A stretch of 64,000 nucleotides of DNA from the NCBI GenBank assembly GCA_000965745.1, contig CP009479.1:1376001-1440000 (forward strand). Reading direction: 5' to 3'. Origin of the DNA: an uncultured archaeon. Its GTDB lineage: Archaea > Thermoplasmatota > Thermoplasmata > Thermoplasmatales > Thermoplasmataceae. The translations under genes were made by a program, and so were the position numbers. Below are positions 1-9,433 of this stretch, piece by piece. The notes under the pieces are model-generated. The model made no database searches, had not been told where the DNA came from, and worked only from the letters and a program-made list of their open reading frames with translations. The number at the start of each line of letters is the position of its first letter. Positions within the stretch are counted from its first letter, which is position 1.

Positions 1-161
1 AAAACGGGCTTGTCTGTGTACATCTCCTGAAATATCTTGCCGGCGATGCCGGACCCTCCCATGCCGGCTATAACGATTTTATCATAATTTCTTGGGATTT
101 CTAGCTTCTCTTCAAAAAAAACCTGTTTTTTCAGATTTTTCAGTTCATTGAGAAAATCCAT
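1..161 (-). CDS. Bifunctional phosphoglucose/phosphomannose isomerase (SIS domain), N-terminal part; runs off the window
   Basis: Not in ORF track; manual translation MDFLNELKNLKKQVFFEEKLEIPRNYDKIVIAGMGGSGIAGKIFQEMY contains the SIS GMGGSG motif. Confidence 0.8.
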   Translation of the reverse strand, partial: MDFLNELKNLKKQVFFEEKLEIPRNYDKIVIAGMGGSGIAGKIFQEMYTDKPV

Positions 162-270
162 GGACGACAATATGCATTGCTGTTTAATTATTTATTTCAA
201 TATTGCTGCTACTCGCTAAATGACATTACAATGCGGTCTTTCAGCAGTTTCCAAGGGCTATGAGCGAGAA

Positions 271-372
271 CTACATGAAGAACGTGAATATTACGTAAAC
301 AAGGAATGCTGCAACGGGTGTTACAATAGCGGCAATTATGAGTAACAACTTGATCTTTGTAGAGCGATCCAT
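271..372 (-). CDS. Putative 33-aa single-pass membrane protein
   Basis: Manual translation MDRSTKIKLLLIIAAIVTPVAAFLVYVIFTFFM; basic N-terminus plus hydrophobic helix; AT-rich TATA-like stretch about 25 nt upstream. Confidence 0.5.
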   Translation of the reverse strand: MDRSTKIKLLLIIAAIVTPVAAFLVYVIFTFFM

Positions 373-418
373 GGTCATTATTATCTGAGTTTATTATATA
401 TAACTATTGTCCGGACTT

Positions 419-1195
419 TCAACGATAGCTGTGGGCACAAAGCATCCCAAAGTACTCTTCTATGTAGCTGTAATCTAATTCCAGCCTCCTTTCACTTTTC
501 TCCAGAAATGACGTGAGCACTAGTAAATTCCAATAGCTATCCGGTTTGGCATTTGAAATTAATTTATCATCCATCTCGACAAGTGGTGTGAAATCATTGG
601 AAACAATCGCCTCTTTTACTATGTCCTCGTATGTTGAACTTTCTTCCGAATAACCATAGGGGCCATTCGGTGAATGCGTATGCGATTGATCTGCACTTAT
701 TATCAGTGAAACGGATTTTTCGTACTGATCTATTGAATCGAAGAGTTTCCTGCCAAATCTCCGAAGCTTTTTGCGATCGCTTATTCTAGACTGACCTATG
801 TAAACTATCGGCCTGTCCCGAAAGAACTCAAGCGGTATAAGAGTCCCAAAATCCAGTGGAAATACTGATTTATCGCCCTGAACTGTTACATAGCCGACCT
901 CTTCACAGTCCCCTCTGGAATTTTCAATGATCAGTTCAGTCAATGGCCTTTCGTTGGGTAAGGCCCTGTGAAGGTTCTTGGTCTTGAGCCCAAACCAGCC
1001 TTCGAACCTCTCTGTGTTAACAACAGGGATGCTATTGGAAAGTCTCACGCCGTGTGGACTTGCAATAACAAGAACATCTGAACCGTCGTTTCCCGTGACT
1101 TTTCCGATAGTTTCATTCATTCTTTCAGACCCGGTGCCCGGCCTGTCTAAGATCTCGTCTCCATGTGGCAGCAAGTATATGTTTTTAAGAGGCAT
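419..1195 (-). CDS. LigB/Memo-like extradiol dioxygenase subunit B family protein
   Basis: PHG, SPHG, LDFG and SADQSH motifs. Confidence 0.7.
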   Translation of the reverse strand: MPLKNIYLLPHGDEILDRPGTGSERMNETIGKVTGNDGSDVLVIASPHGVRLSNSIPVVNTERFEGWFGLKTKNLHRALPNERPLTELIIENSRGDCEEVGYVTVQGDKSVFPLDFGTLIPLEFFRDRPIVYIGQSRISDRKKLRRFGRKLFDSIDQYEKSVSLIISADQSHTHSPNGPYGYSEESSTYEDIVKEAIVSNDFTPLVEMDDKLISNAKPDSYWNLLVLTSFLEKSERRLELDYSYIEEYFGMLCAHSYR

Positions 1196-1393
1196 ACCAC
1201 CTCATCGGGCTTTTCAATATTTCTTTTTCCACATGCTCCCTGCAAGCAATGGGAAATAACCCGGGTAGGGGCGCACCTATGGTAATCGCTGAATATTGCT
1301 TCAACCTCTCCGTAACGCTGGAAAGGCAGTTCCTACTGATCAAAGTGTTTATATTCTTTCTTTAATTTACGGGACATCCAAAATAGGATATGG

Positions 1394-1447
1394 TTAAATA
1401 AGTCCTTATATTTTGGTCTTATCTAGCGATAGCAAACAGTTAGGTGA
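1394..1447 (+). promoter_or_regulatory. TATA-like box (TTAAATA, 1394-1400) and RBS (GGTGA, 1443-1447) of tuf
   Basis: Archaeal consensus motifs upstream of the ATG at 1454. Confidence 0.5.
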
Positions 1448-1453
1448 AACTAA

Positions 1454-2728
1454 ATGGCAACACAAAAACCACACATAAATCTGGTTACGATCGGTCACGT
1501 AGATCACGGAAAGTCTACTCTTGTAGGTAGGTTGCTCTTCGAGCATGGGGAAATTCCTCAGCACATAATTGATGAGTACCGAAAGCAGGCCGAAGAGAAG
1601 GGAAAGGCAACTTTCGAGTTCGCCTGGGTTATGGATAAGTACAAGGAAGAAAGAGAGAGGGGAGTTACAATAGACCTCGCTCACAGAAAGTTTGAAACTG
1701 ACAAATACTACTTCACACTTATTGACGCACCTGGCCACAGAGACTTTGTCAAGAACATGATCACTGGAACGAGCCAGGCAGATGCAGCAATTCTTGTTGT
1801 TTCATGCAGAGACGGAGAGGGTGTAATGGCCCAGACAAGGGAACACGCCTTCCTTTCCAGAACCCTCGGTGTTCAGCAGCTTATAGTTGTACTGAACAAG
1901 ATGGATGCAACTCAGCCGCCGTACAGCCAGGACAGGTACAACAAAGTTAAGGAAGATGTAGAAAAGCTCCTGAAGAGTATTGGATACAAGGACGTTCCCA
2001 TTATACCAATCAGCGGTTATAAGGGGGACAACATCCTGAAGAACACTGACAACCTGAAATGGTTTTCAGGACCGACACTTATGCAGTCTCTTGATACCCT
2101 AAAGGTTCCGGATAAACCCGTTGACAAGCCGCTCAGGCTTCCGATCCAGGATGTATATTCAATCACTGGAATTGGAACTGTTCCTGTAGGCAGAGTTGAG
2201 ACAGGCATCCTCAAAGTGAATGACAAGGTCACATTCCTTCCTGCAAACAAGCAGGGAGAGGTAAAGTCTATTGAAATGCACCATGAGAACATTACAAAAG
2301 CAGAGCCTGGTGACAACGTTGGATTCAATGTGAGAGGAATAGGAAAGAACGACATCAGGAGAGGAGATGTTTGTGGGCCTCAGGCCAACCCGCCAACCGT
2401 GGCGAAAGAATTCACTGCCCAGATAGTTGTTCTCAACCACCCGAGCGTTATAGCTCCCGGGTACAAACCGGTATTCCATGTCCATACAACACAGATTGCA
2501 TGCAGAATAGAACAGATCCTACGGACACTGAACCCCAAGGATGGAACAACTCTCAAGGAAAACCCCGACTTCATCAAGACGGGAGATATCGCAATCGTAA
2601 AGGTAATACCAGATCACCCATTTGTTATAGAGAAGGTCAAGGACATCCCACAGCTTGGTCGATTTGCCATTAGAGATATGGGCCAGACCGTTGCTGCGGG
2701 TCAGTGTGTTGACCTCGTTGCAAAGTAA
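1454..2728 (+). CDS. tuf: Translation elongation factor EF-1 alpha
   Basis: [39 protein letters not shown]. Confidence 0.99.
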   Translation: MATQKPHINLVTIGHVDHGKSTLVGRLLFEHGEIPQHIIDEYRKQAEEKGKATFEFAWVMDKYKEERERGVTIDLAHRKFETDKYYFTLIDAPGHRDFVKNMITGTSQADAAILVVSCRDGEGVMAQTREHAFLSRTLGVQQLIVVLNKMDATQPPYSQDRYNKVKEDVEKLLKSIGYKDVPIIPISGYKGDNILKNTDNLKWFSGPTLMQSLDTLKVPDKPVDKPLRLPIQDVYSITGIGTVPVGRVETGILKVNDKVTFLPANKQGEVKSIEMHHENITKAEPGDNVGFNVRGIGKNDIRRGDVCGPQANPPTVAKEFTAQIVVLNHPSVIAPGYKPVFHVHTTQIACRIEQILRTLNPKDGTTLKENPDFIKTGDIAIVKVIPDHPFVIEKVKDIPQLGRFAIRDMGQTVAAGQCVDLVAK

Positions 2729-2733
2729 GGTGA

Positions 2734-3054
2734 ATGGACTTGGCGTCATACAGAGCAAGAATATCACTGAGCGGCACTGAACACAAGATCGTTGATGTCG
2801 TATGCGATGAGATCAAAGGAATAGCTAAGAGAACCGGCGTCGAAGTTCATGGACCTGTTCCACTCCCTACAAAAAGATTGGTGGTTCCTGTCAGGAAAAG
2901 TCCTGACGGCGAAGGATCATCAACCTGGGACAGATGGGAATTGAGAATCCACAAGAGACTCATTGATGTGGACGCAGATGAAAGAACTCTAAGACAACTC
3001 ATGAGGATTCCGATCCCTGATGGCGTTCAGATCGAAATCCAGATAAAGAGTTGA
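2734..3054 (+). CDS. rps10: 30S ribosomal protein S10 (uS10)
   Basis: [25 protein letters not shown]; directly follows tuf. Confidence 0.98.
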   Translation: MDLASYRARISLSGTEHKIVDVVCDEIKGIAKRTGVEVHGPVPLPTKRLVVPVRKSPDGEGSSTWDRWELRIHKRLIDVDADERTLRQLMRIPIPDGVQIEIQIKS

Positions 3055-3093
3055 GCCAGGCATTCCAGGATATAACCGATACCATATCCTATC

Positions 3094-3126
3094 ATTATTT
3101 TTTCAATATAACCGAATTTTTTTTTG
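3094..3126 (+). terminator. Oligo-T terminator-like tracts after rps10
   Basis: T7 and T11 runs downstream of the stop codon. Confidence 0.45.
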
Positions 3127-3139
3127 GGGCCTAATTGCA

Positions 3140-4120
3140 CTAACTTATTGCTGCATATTCATAATTCGTTTTCGAGGCTCTCAACGAAACAAGTTCAACA
3201 CAGATCAAGGCAAAAATAGCGACGATACCCAGAGGGTTTCTGGTCAAATCGACAACCAGCCCGAATAGCATCATAGGAGCGGTAAGGCCTATGGCCAGCA
3301 CCGCACTGGCTCTTGGGGATTTTCCGCGAATCCTGGTGATAATGAACCAGTATGCCACCACAGAACCCAGGATAAGTTCAACATTTAGTATTACTGGAGG
3401 CAGTGCGGTCTGCAGTCTCGGAAGAGCAACGATGAAAGGGAAGAACAGCAACCCCGCAATCAGGAGCTTGGCGTTGATTCCCCCGCGGTGCAACTTTCCC
3501 GGTGCGAACAAATTATTGGGGACCCTGCGGGAAAGATATGTGAGTATCCCTGCCGATGCAAACAAGGCCACAGAATATATGAAAGGAGGCCGGTGTGGCA
3601 ATATCGCGTCAAGGACCGTCAAGGTGAACAGGTACAGCGAGAGAATTGTTATTATCCCCTTCCTTCCCGTAATTCTGAAGTTGTTCATCCCGGGCCATAT
3701 AAGCCTGCTGAAAAGAATAGGAAGCGCTATGCTGAAAGCAGCATGGAAGATGCTGATCTCTATTGCCCACGTTGTATTGACGCCCAATACCCTCCCATAC
3801 GATCCAAATACCCCAACAGTTGAATTCACAGGATCAAAGAACGTATGGGCGGCCACGCCTTCCTCCAGAATTCCGTAAGCTATTCCAAGCATCAGTATGG
3901 TGGGCCACCCTTTTCCCCAAGCAACGGCCGCTTCTCTTATGAGTATTACTCCACATCCGTAGATTCCAAAAAGGGTTGGAATACTGAAAAAGAAAAACGA
4001 TCCCGGGTCCGTGACAATTTTCGTAAGTGGGGTCGCACCAGTCACGAATTCGGCAATAGTGATAGAGGTCAGGGCAAGAAAGATCGCCAGTCTTCCCCTA
4101 TTCATGGCGGTAAATTCCAC
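3140..4120 (-). CDS. Uncharacterised multi-pass membrane protein
   Basis: Roughly 9-10 hydrophobic segments; polar motifs AEF, YGILEEG, SIFH. Confidence 0.8.
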   Translation of the reverse strand: MEFTAMNRGRLAIFLALTSITIAEFVTGATPLTKIVTDPGSFFFFSIPTLFGIYGCGVILIREAAVAWGKGWPTILMLGIAYGILEEGVAAHTFFDPVNSTVGVFGSYGRVLGVNTTWAIEISIFHAAFSIALPILFSRLIWPGMNNFRITGRKGIITILSLYLFTLTVLDAILPHRPPFIYSVALFASAGILTYLSRRVPNNLFAPGKLHRGGINAKLLIAGLLFFPFIVALPRLQTALPPVILNVELILGSVVAYWFIITRIRGKSPRASAVLAIGLTAPMMLFGLVVDLTRNPLGIVAIFALICVELVSLRASKTNYEYAAIS

Positions 4121-4169
4121 ATCCTTCTTATAACTCTATGCCGGTTAATAAGGTGCGAAAATTGCCGCA

Positions 4170-4793
4170 TCATGGAAAGACCGCATAGAGCAGAAGGGCC
4201 ACTGGAACGGTAAGCAAATACGGAAAAACAGTTGAAACCACATACTTAATCTTCCGGTCGTTCTCTCCAGTGAATCTGATGAGTTGCATAGGCAATACGA
4301 AAATTGCAGCATAGACGATTATGGTGACGGGTATTGAGACGATGAAACCTGGAATGTTGTGGAGAAACACTAAATTGCCACCGTATTCAAAAAGAAGCCC
4401 ACCAATCCCTGCAGATACCAGGGCCTGCCCTTCAGTAAAATAAAACCTGCGGGAGAGAAAAAAGTACCACACAGTGAACCAGACTGCCCACTCGCAGGGA
4501 ACTATGATTATGTCAAACATCAAGTCGGGAACAGCTATTTTGTTTCCAAGGCTGTAGACATAGATTTCCTCAAACACAGAAACCAGTAATGCCAAGGTAA
4601 TGAATACGCCATACCTTCCGAATTTCAAGGGCTCAAAAAAACTCCTGATCTTATTCTTCTGCACGTAGACAAACCCGCCGTACCCGACCCCATAGGTCAG
4701 GGAAAAAACAACGTTACCCCAGTCCCCGGTAATAGATAGTACCAGTATGGAAATTGAAAACCAGACGAATAGGACTTTCCATCCCAAGCTCAA
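4170..4793 (-). CDS. Uncharacterised multi-pass membrane protein (start uncertain; TTG near 4793 or 4787 more likely than 4892)
   Basis: About 7 hydrophobic segments; VFEE and GLLFE motifs. Confidence 0.7.
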   Translation of the reverse strand: MSLGWKVLFVWFSISILVLSITGDWGNVVFSLTYGVGYGGFVYVQKNKIRSFFEPLKFGRYGVFITLALLVSVFEEIYVYSLGNKIAVPDLMFDIIIVPCEWAVWFTVWYFFLSRRFYFTEGQALVSAGIGGLLFEYGGNLVFLHNIPGFIVSIPVTIIVYAAIFVLPMQLIRFTGENDRKIKYVVSTVFPYLLTVPVALLLYAVFP

Positions 4794-4992
4794 CGTCAAA
4801 CAAGCAGCACAGGGAATACAGGGATAAAATATAATTCCGGATGGCATGGGCCGAACCATGTTTCTGTAAGATCGAGCGGAACACGATTGCATTATTTGTG
4901 CCTTATACTACAACCCGGTGCGAAAACTCTGTGGGTACGGTTATATAAGTAATTCTTATATCCTCTTGTCAAAATCACTAAGGTGTCATACA

Positions 4993-7197
4993 ATGGGTAG
5001 AAAAGAAGACAATATCGCTAAGGCACAAAAATTGGTAGAAAGACCTGAACGAATCAGGAATATGGGTATTGCTGCTCATATAGATCACGGTAAAACGACT
5101 CTGAGTGACAACCTGATAGCAGGAGCAGGAATGATGAGCGAAGATCTTGCAGGAAAACAGCTTCTGCTGGACTACGACGAGCAGGAACAGGCAAGGGGAA
5201 TCACAATTAACGCTGCAACCGCATCGATGGTTCACGATTACGACGGAGATGAGTATCTCATCAACCTTATAGATACTCCAGGTCACGTAGACTTTGGGGG
5301 AGATGTCACCAGGGCAATGAGGGCAGTTGATGGCTGCATTATTGTGGTAGATTCCGTGGAAGGTGTAATGCCCCAGACCGAGACCGTAATAAGGCAGGCC
5401 CTCAGGGAGAGGGTAAAGCCTGTGCTTTTCATTAACAAGGTTGACCGTCTCATAAACGAGCTTAAGCTCAACGAAGAGGAAATGCAGAAAAGGTTTGTCA
5501 AACTGATCACTGATGTCAACAAACTTCTGGCAAAATACTCTCCGGACGAATTCAAGCAGTCCTGGCAGTTAAACGTTCAGGACGGAAAAGTCGCTTTTGG
5601 ATCAGCATACAACAACTGGGCTATTTCGGTCCCTGCCATGAAAACATATGGCGTAACGTTCAAGGACATATTCCAGCTTGTCAAGGACGGGAAGCAGAAG
5701 GAGCTTGCTAAGAAGGCCCAGCTCCACAGAATTGTCCTGAACATGGTTATCAAGCACCTTCCTGACCCGAAGGAATCTCAGAAGTACAGGATACCCCAGA
5801 TCTGGAGAGGAGATGAAGACACTCCTATTGGAAAATCCATGATGGGGTGCAGCAGGTCAGGCCCTGTTACTATGATGATAACCAAGATAATTATCGATCC
5901 GCATGCAGGGGAGATAGCAGTAGGGAGGATCTTCAGCGGAACCCTCAGAAAAGGTAGCGAAGTATACGTATCCAGAGGCGGGACGCAAAAATACAAGGTA
6001 CAGCTCCTTTCCATGATGGTTGGGCCCGACAGGATACAGGTTGAAGAAATGCCGGCCGGAAATATAGCCGCAGTTGTTGGTATTAAGGCAGCCATTGCAG
6101 GATCAACTGTGTCACAGGAGCCAGAAATGGAGCCTTTTGAACCCATGACCCATTACACTGATCCCGTTGTCACACTCGCTATAGAAGCAAAACACACCGC
6201 AGATCTTCCGAAGCTCATTGATGTTCTGAGGAACGTTTCAAAAGCAGATCCATCCATCCAGGTCGATATCAACCAGGAAACAGGGGAGCACCTTATATCA
6301 GGCATGGGAGAACTGCACCTTGAAATCACAATGTACAGGATACAGCACGATTACAAGGTCGAGGTTCAGACATCAGACCCGATCGTTGTTTACAGGGAAA
6401 CAATAGAGGGCAGGGGCGGTCCATTCGAAGGAAAATCACCCAACAAGCATAACAGGTTCTACTTTGAAGTCGAGCCGCTTGATGAGACCCTGGTCCAACA
6501 GATAAAGGAAGGGAACGTACCACAGGGCTCCAAGTTCAAGGACAAGAAGGCACTGATCGAGCTTCTCCAGGAAAACGGGCTTACCAGGGAAGAGGCGAGG
6601 GGTCTGGAGCTTGTAGAGGGCATGAACATCCTCACTGATGTCACGAAAGGTATCCAGTATCTTGATGAAACCATGGAACTTCTGCTTGAATCATTCAAGG
6701 AAGTCGTATCCAAGGGGCCATATGCGAATGAAAGGGTGTATGGAATCAAGGCGAGACTTGTCGATGCCAAGCTCCATGAAGATAGCATCCACAGAGGGCC
6801 AGCACAGGTTATTCCCGCAGGCAGGAACTCCATATACGGGGCAATGTGCCAGGCAAGAAGGATTCTCATGGAGCCTGTCCAGAAAGTCTTCATCAACGTT
6901 CCACAGGAAATAATGGGCTCTGTGACCAACGAGATACAGCAGAGGCGTGGTGTTGTTGAGGAAATGAACCAGGATGGGGACGACATTGTCATAATAGCAA
7001 GGGTTCCCGTCTCCGGAATGTTTGGATTCGCTTCAGCAATAAGGAGCGCTACTGGAGGAAAGGTCCTCTGGAACTCTGAAAATGCAGGGTATCAGAAAGT
7101 CCCACCTGAACTTCAGAATGAAGTTGCATCAAAGATCAGGGAAAGAAAGGGACTTAAGCCTGAGCCATACGGTGTGGAATATTACGCCACACTCTAA
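4993..7197 (+). CDS. fusA: Translation elongation factor EF-2
   Basis: AHIDHGKTT, DTPGHVDF, NKVD, GMGELHL, diphthamide loop HEDSIHRG; ATG at 4993 with AGGTG RBS and TTATATAA at 4941. Confidence 0.99.
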   Translation: MGRKEDNIAKAQKLVERPERIRNMGIAAHIDHGKTTLSDNLIAGAGMMSEDLAGKQLLLDYDEQEQARGITINAATASMVHDYDGDEYLINLIDTPGHVDFGGDVTRAMRAVDGCIIVVDSVEGVMPQTETVIRQALRERVKPVLFINKVDRLINELKLNEEEMQKRFVKLITDVNKLLAKYSPDEFKQSWQLNVQDGKVAFGSAYNNWAISVPAMKTYGVTFKDIFQLVKDGKQKELAKKAQLHRIVLNMVIKHLPDPKESQKYRIPQIWRGDEDTPIGKSMMGCSRSGPVTMMITKIIIDPHAGEIAVGRIFSGTLRKGSEVYVSRGGTQKYKVQLLSMMVGPDRIQVEEMPAGNIAAVVGIKAAIAGSTVSQEPEMEPFEPMTHYTDPVVTLAIEAKHTADLPKLIDVLRNVSKADPSIQVDINQETGEHLISGMGELHLEITMYRIQHDYKVEVQTSDPIVVYRETIEGRGGPFEGKSPNKHNRFYFEVEPLDETLVQQIKEGNVPQGSKFKDKKALIELLQENGLTREEARGLELVEGMNILTDVTKGIQYLDETMELLLESFKEVVSKGPYANERVYGIKARLVDAKLHEDSIHRGPAQVIPAGRNSIYGAMCQARRILMEPVQKVFINVPQEIMGSVTNEIQQRRGVVEEMNQDGDDIVIIARVPVSGMFGFASAIRSATGGKVLWNSENAGYQKVPPELQNEVASKIRERKGLKPEPYGVEYYATL

Positions 7198-7322
7198 TTT
7201 TTCCCTCTTTTTCACGATCCAAAACCCCCATTTTATTCCAGTCTTTCTAGCAATCTTATTTCCGCAGAAATGTTGTCAAGGACATAAAAAACATTAATTA
7301 CTGGCAATAAGTTGCCAAAACT

Positions 7323-8345
7323 ATGCAAGCTGCCTGTATGGACTGCGGTTCCAAAAGAAAGAATCTTGAGCATAGGTGCGTTGAATGCGGAGGTCTTTTC
7401 GAACTTCTCCCGGATTTTAAATACATGGAGAGAATGGAAAGCAATTTTCCATATATCAGTGAGTGGCTATCCATCGGCGAAGTAGTGACTCCAATCGTGT
7501 CCAGGGGAGACCTATCATTCAAGCTGGATTATTTCTCACCAACTTACTCTTACAAGGACCGTGGTGCAAGGTCCCTTCTGTCCTACCTAAGAACAGAATC
7601 GAGAAAAAGTGGATTCCACTCAATAAACGAGGACTCCTCCGGGAATGCAGGAGCTGCTATCTCGGCTTATGGGTCTGTTTCGGGCTTCAATGTCAACATA
7701 TTTGTACCTGAACGAACGTCACATGCAAAAATTGGCCAGATAGCCTCATATGGTGCGAATATCGTCAAGGTGCCCGGTTCAAGAGAGGATGTCCAGGCAG
7801 CTGCCGAAAGGGCTGAAGGAGTGTATGCGAGCCATGTGCTGATGCCTGAATTCAGGGACGGGATCAGAACACTTTCGTATGAAATATTCAAACAGTACAG
7901 CGGAGACATTCCAGATCATGTTTTTGTTCCGGTTTCGGCCGGAACCTTGCTCTTAGGGCTTTACTCAGGATTTAAGCACCTTCTGGAGAGCAATGAGATA
8001 AAAAGGATGCCGGGAATAGTTGCTGTTCAGACCGAACAGGTTTCACCCCTGTGCTCACGGAAATCAGGAACCGATTTTAACCCGGACAGAAAGGTTGACT
8101 CCGTGGCTGATGCCCTTGTTTCAATGAAGCCGCCTCTGATTGTCAATATGATGGAAGCCGTAAGGGAAGGAAGTTGCATCACTGTTTCAGAGGAAGAGAT
8201 AATTTCAGCTAGAAAAGACCTTTCCGGAATTGGGATGTATGTTGAATACAGCTCGGCTACAGTTTATGCGGCTTACAAAAAGAAAAACTTTGAGGGGAAA
8301 TCCCTCCTTGTCCTTACAGGGAACGGGCTTAAGAATGTCCCATGA
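7323..8345 (+). CDS. Threonine synthase-like PLP-dependent enzyme
   Basis: N-terminal CxxC..CxxC, SYKDRG (PLP lysine), SSGNAG, LTGNGLK. Confidence 0.85.
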   Translation: MQAACMDCGSKRKNLEHRCVECGGLFELLPDFKYMERMESNFPYISEWLSIGEVVTPIVSRGDLSFKLDYFSPTYSYKDRGARSLLSYLRTESRKSGFHSINEDSSGNAGAAISAYGSVSGFNVNIFVPERTSHAKIGQIASYGANIVKVPGSREDVQAAAERAEGVYASHVLMPEFRDGIRTLSYEIFKQYSGDIPDHVFVPVSAGTLLLGLYSGFKHLLESNEIKRMPGIVAVQTEQVSPLCSRKSGTDFNPDRKVDSVADALVSMKPPLIVNMMEAVREGSCITVSEEEIISARKDLSGIGMYVEYSSATVYAAYKKKNFEGKSLLVLTGNGLKNVP

Positions 8346-8350
8346 TAAAA

Positions 8351-8800
8351 TTACGCAGGTATTACAGGGTCCGGACTTTCAACACCATAACTCTTTCCAT
8401 TGATTGAGAACTCATATGTGATCTCGGCTCCCCCTTTTCTGGCGAGAATAGAAACAGAACAGTACTTGGAGAGAGACAGGTTGATTGCCTTTCTGACCTT
8501 TGCCGGGTCAAGATTTCCAGTGAGCGTGTATTTTATGTTCGCCCTTGTGATCAACTTGGGAGGCTCCTCGTTTCGGTCAGCCTCGACTTCCACTGAATAC
8601 GTTTTGAGATCCTCTCTCATTTTTGACAGAATGTTGACAACATCATCGCTGGAGCAGGCACCCATTGCGAGAAGCACGAACTCTGTCGGTGAAAAATTGC
8701 GGGCATTGTCCGAAATTGAGTTCTTGATGTTGACGGCCCCTTTGCCCTCAACAGTGCTGACAAACCCTTCTTTCTCGTCAAGTCTGAAGGATACTTTCAC
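8351..8800 (-). CDS. OsmC/YhfA family protein
   Basis: SPTEFVLLAMGACS and SLSKYCSVS two-cysteine signature. Confidence 0.9.
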   Translation of the reverse strand: MKVSFRLDEKEGFVSTVEGKGAVNIKNSISDNARNFSPTEFVLLAMGACSSDDVVNILSKMREDLKTYSVEVEADRNEEPPKLITRANIKYTLTGNLDPAKVRKAINLSLSKYCSVSILARKGGAEITYEFSINGKSYGVESPDPVIPA

Positions 8801-8831
8801 TTAAACCAACCTCCCATGTTGACCGACCTTA

Positions 8832-9422
8832 TCAATCGTTCTGAACCTTTTGCAGAGATTTCCCCAGTTCCTTGAGCAGATTAAGAACTGCAGTGAGGCC
8901 TGATGCAATCTCAGGATCCTTGGTCATTGCCAGCAGTCTCATCATGGACAGTTTTTCGGGGTTTTTAGCTCCTGTAACCATTGAGTCAACGAGACCCTCT
9001 GAATCGAAGAGCAGTGCCTTCAGTGCGTCAGAAGTTGTCTCCCTGGAAAGTGCATACATAACTCCCAGTATGGTATTGGCAGATTTCAGAACACCAGTTG
9101 TAAACTCCCTTGAGGAGAAGAACTTGCCTATGAATTCCACATCCGAAGGAAGGTAATCCCCTGATATCCGGTCGATGAAGTCAACGATTCCGGCCTGCTT
9201 CAGCTTTCTGAACATTACAAGCATTGACTGGATCGCATCCCTGCTCTCAACTAACTCCATGATCAAGGGCTCAAGGTCATCACCATCTTCATCCTCGAAC
9301 TCTGCAACCTCGTTTTTGGGAGTTTGCTCTACAGCCTGCTTTGGACTCTCCTCACTGGCAACTTCTTCCTTCTGCTGCTTCTCTTCCTGTATTTTTTCAT
9401 CAGTTGATTTGTTTTCAGCCAT
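8832..9422 (-). CDS. DUF1641-like protein
   Basis: C-terminal LSMMRLLAMTKDPEIASGL motif; adjacent to an SQR-like gene; acidic N-terminal tail. Confidence 0.75.
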   Translation of the reverse strand: MAENKSTDEKIQEEKQQKEEVASEESPKQAVEQTPKNEVAEFEDEDGDDLEPLIMELVESRDAIQSMLVMFRKLKQAGIVDFIDRISGDYLPSDVEFIGKFFSSREFTTGVLKSANTILGVMYALSRETTSDALKALLFDSEGLVDSMVTGAKNPEKLSMMRLLAMTKDPEIASGLTAVLNLLKELGKSLQKVQND

Positions 9423-9433
9423 AATCTATCTCC

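Noticed and set aside
1200-1345. Structured RNA upstream of tuf
   Set aside because: Only short, imperfect stems; no family motif recognised
4918-4992. N-terminal extension of EF-2 in the ORF track (similar cases for usp, thiolase, rhodanese and TA0938-like)
   Set aside because: These are longest-ORF artefacts; for EF-2 the TATA box and RBS lie inside the extension, and for the others the family motifs begin at the downstream ATG
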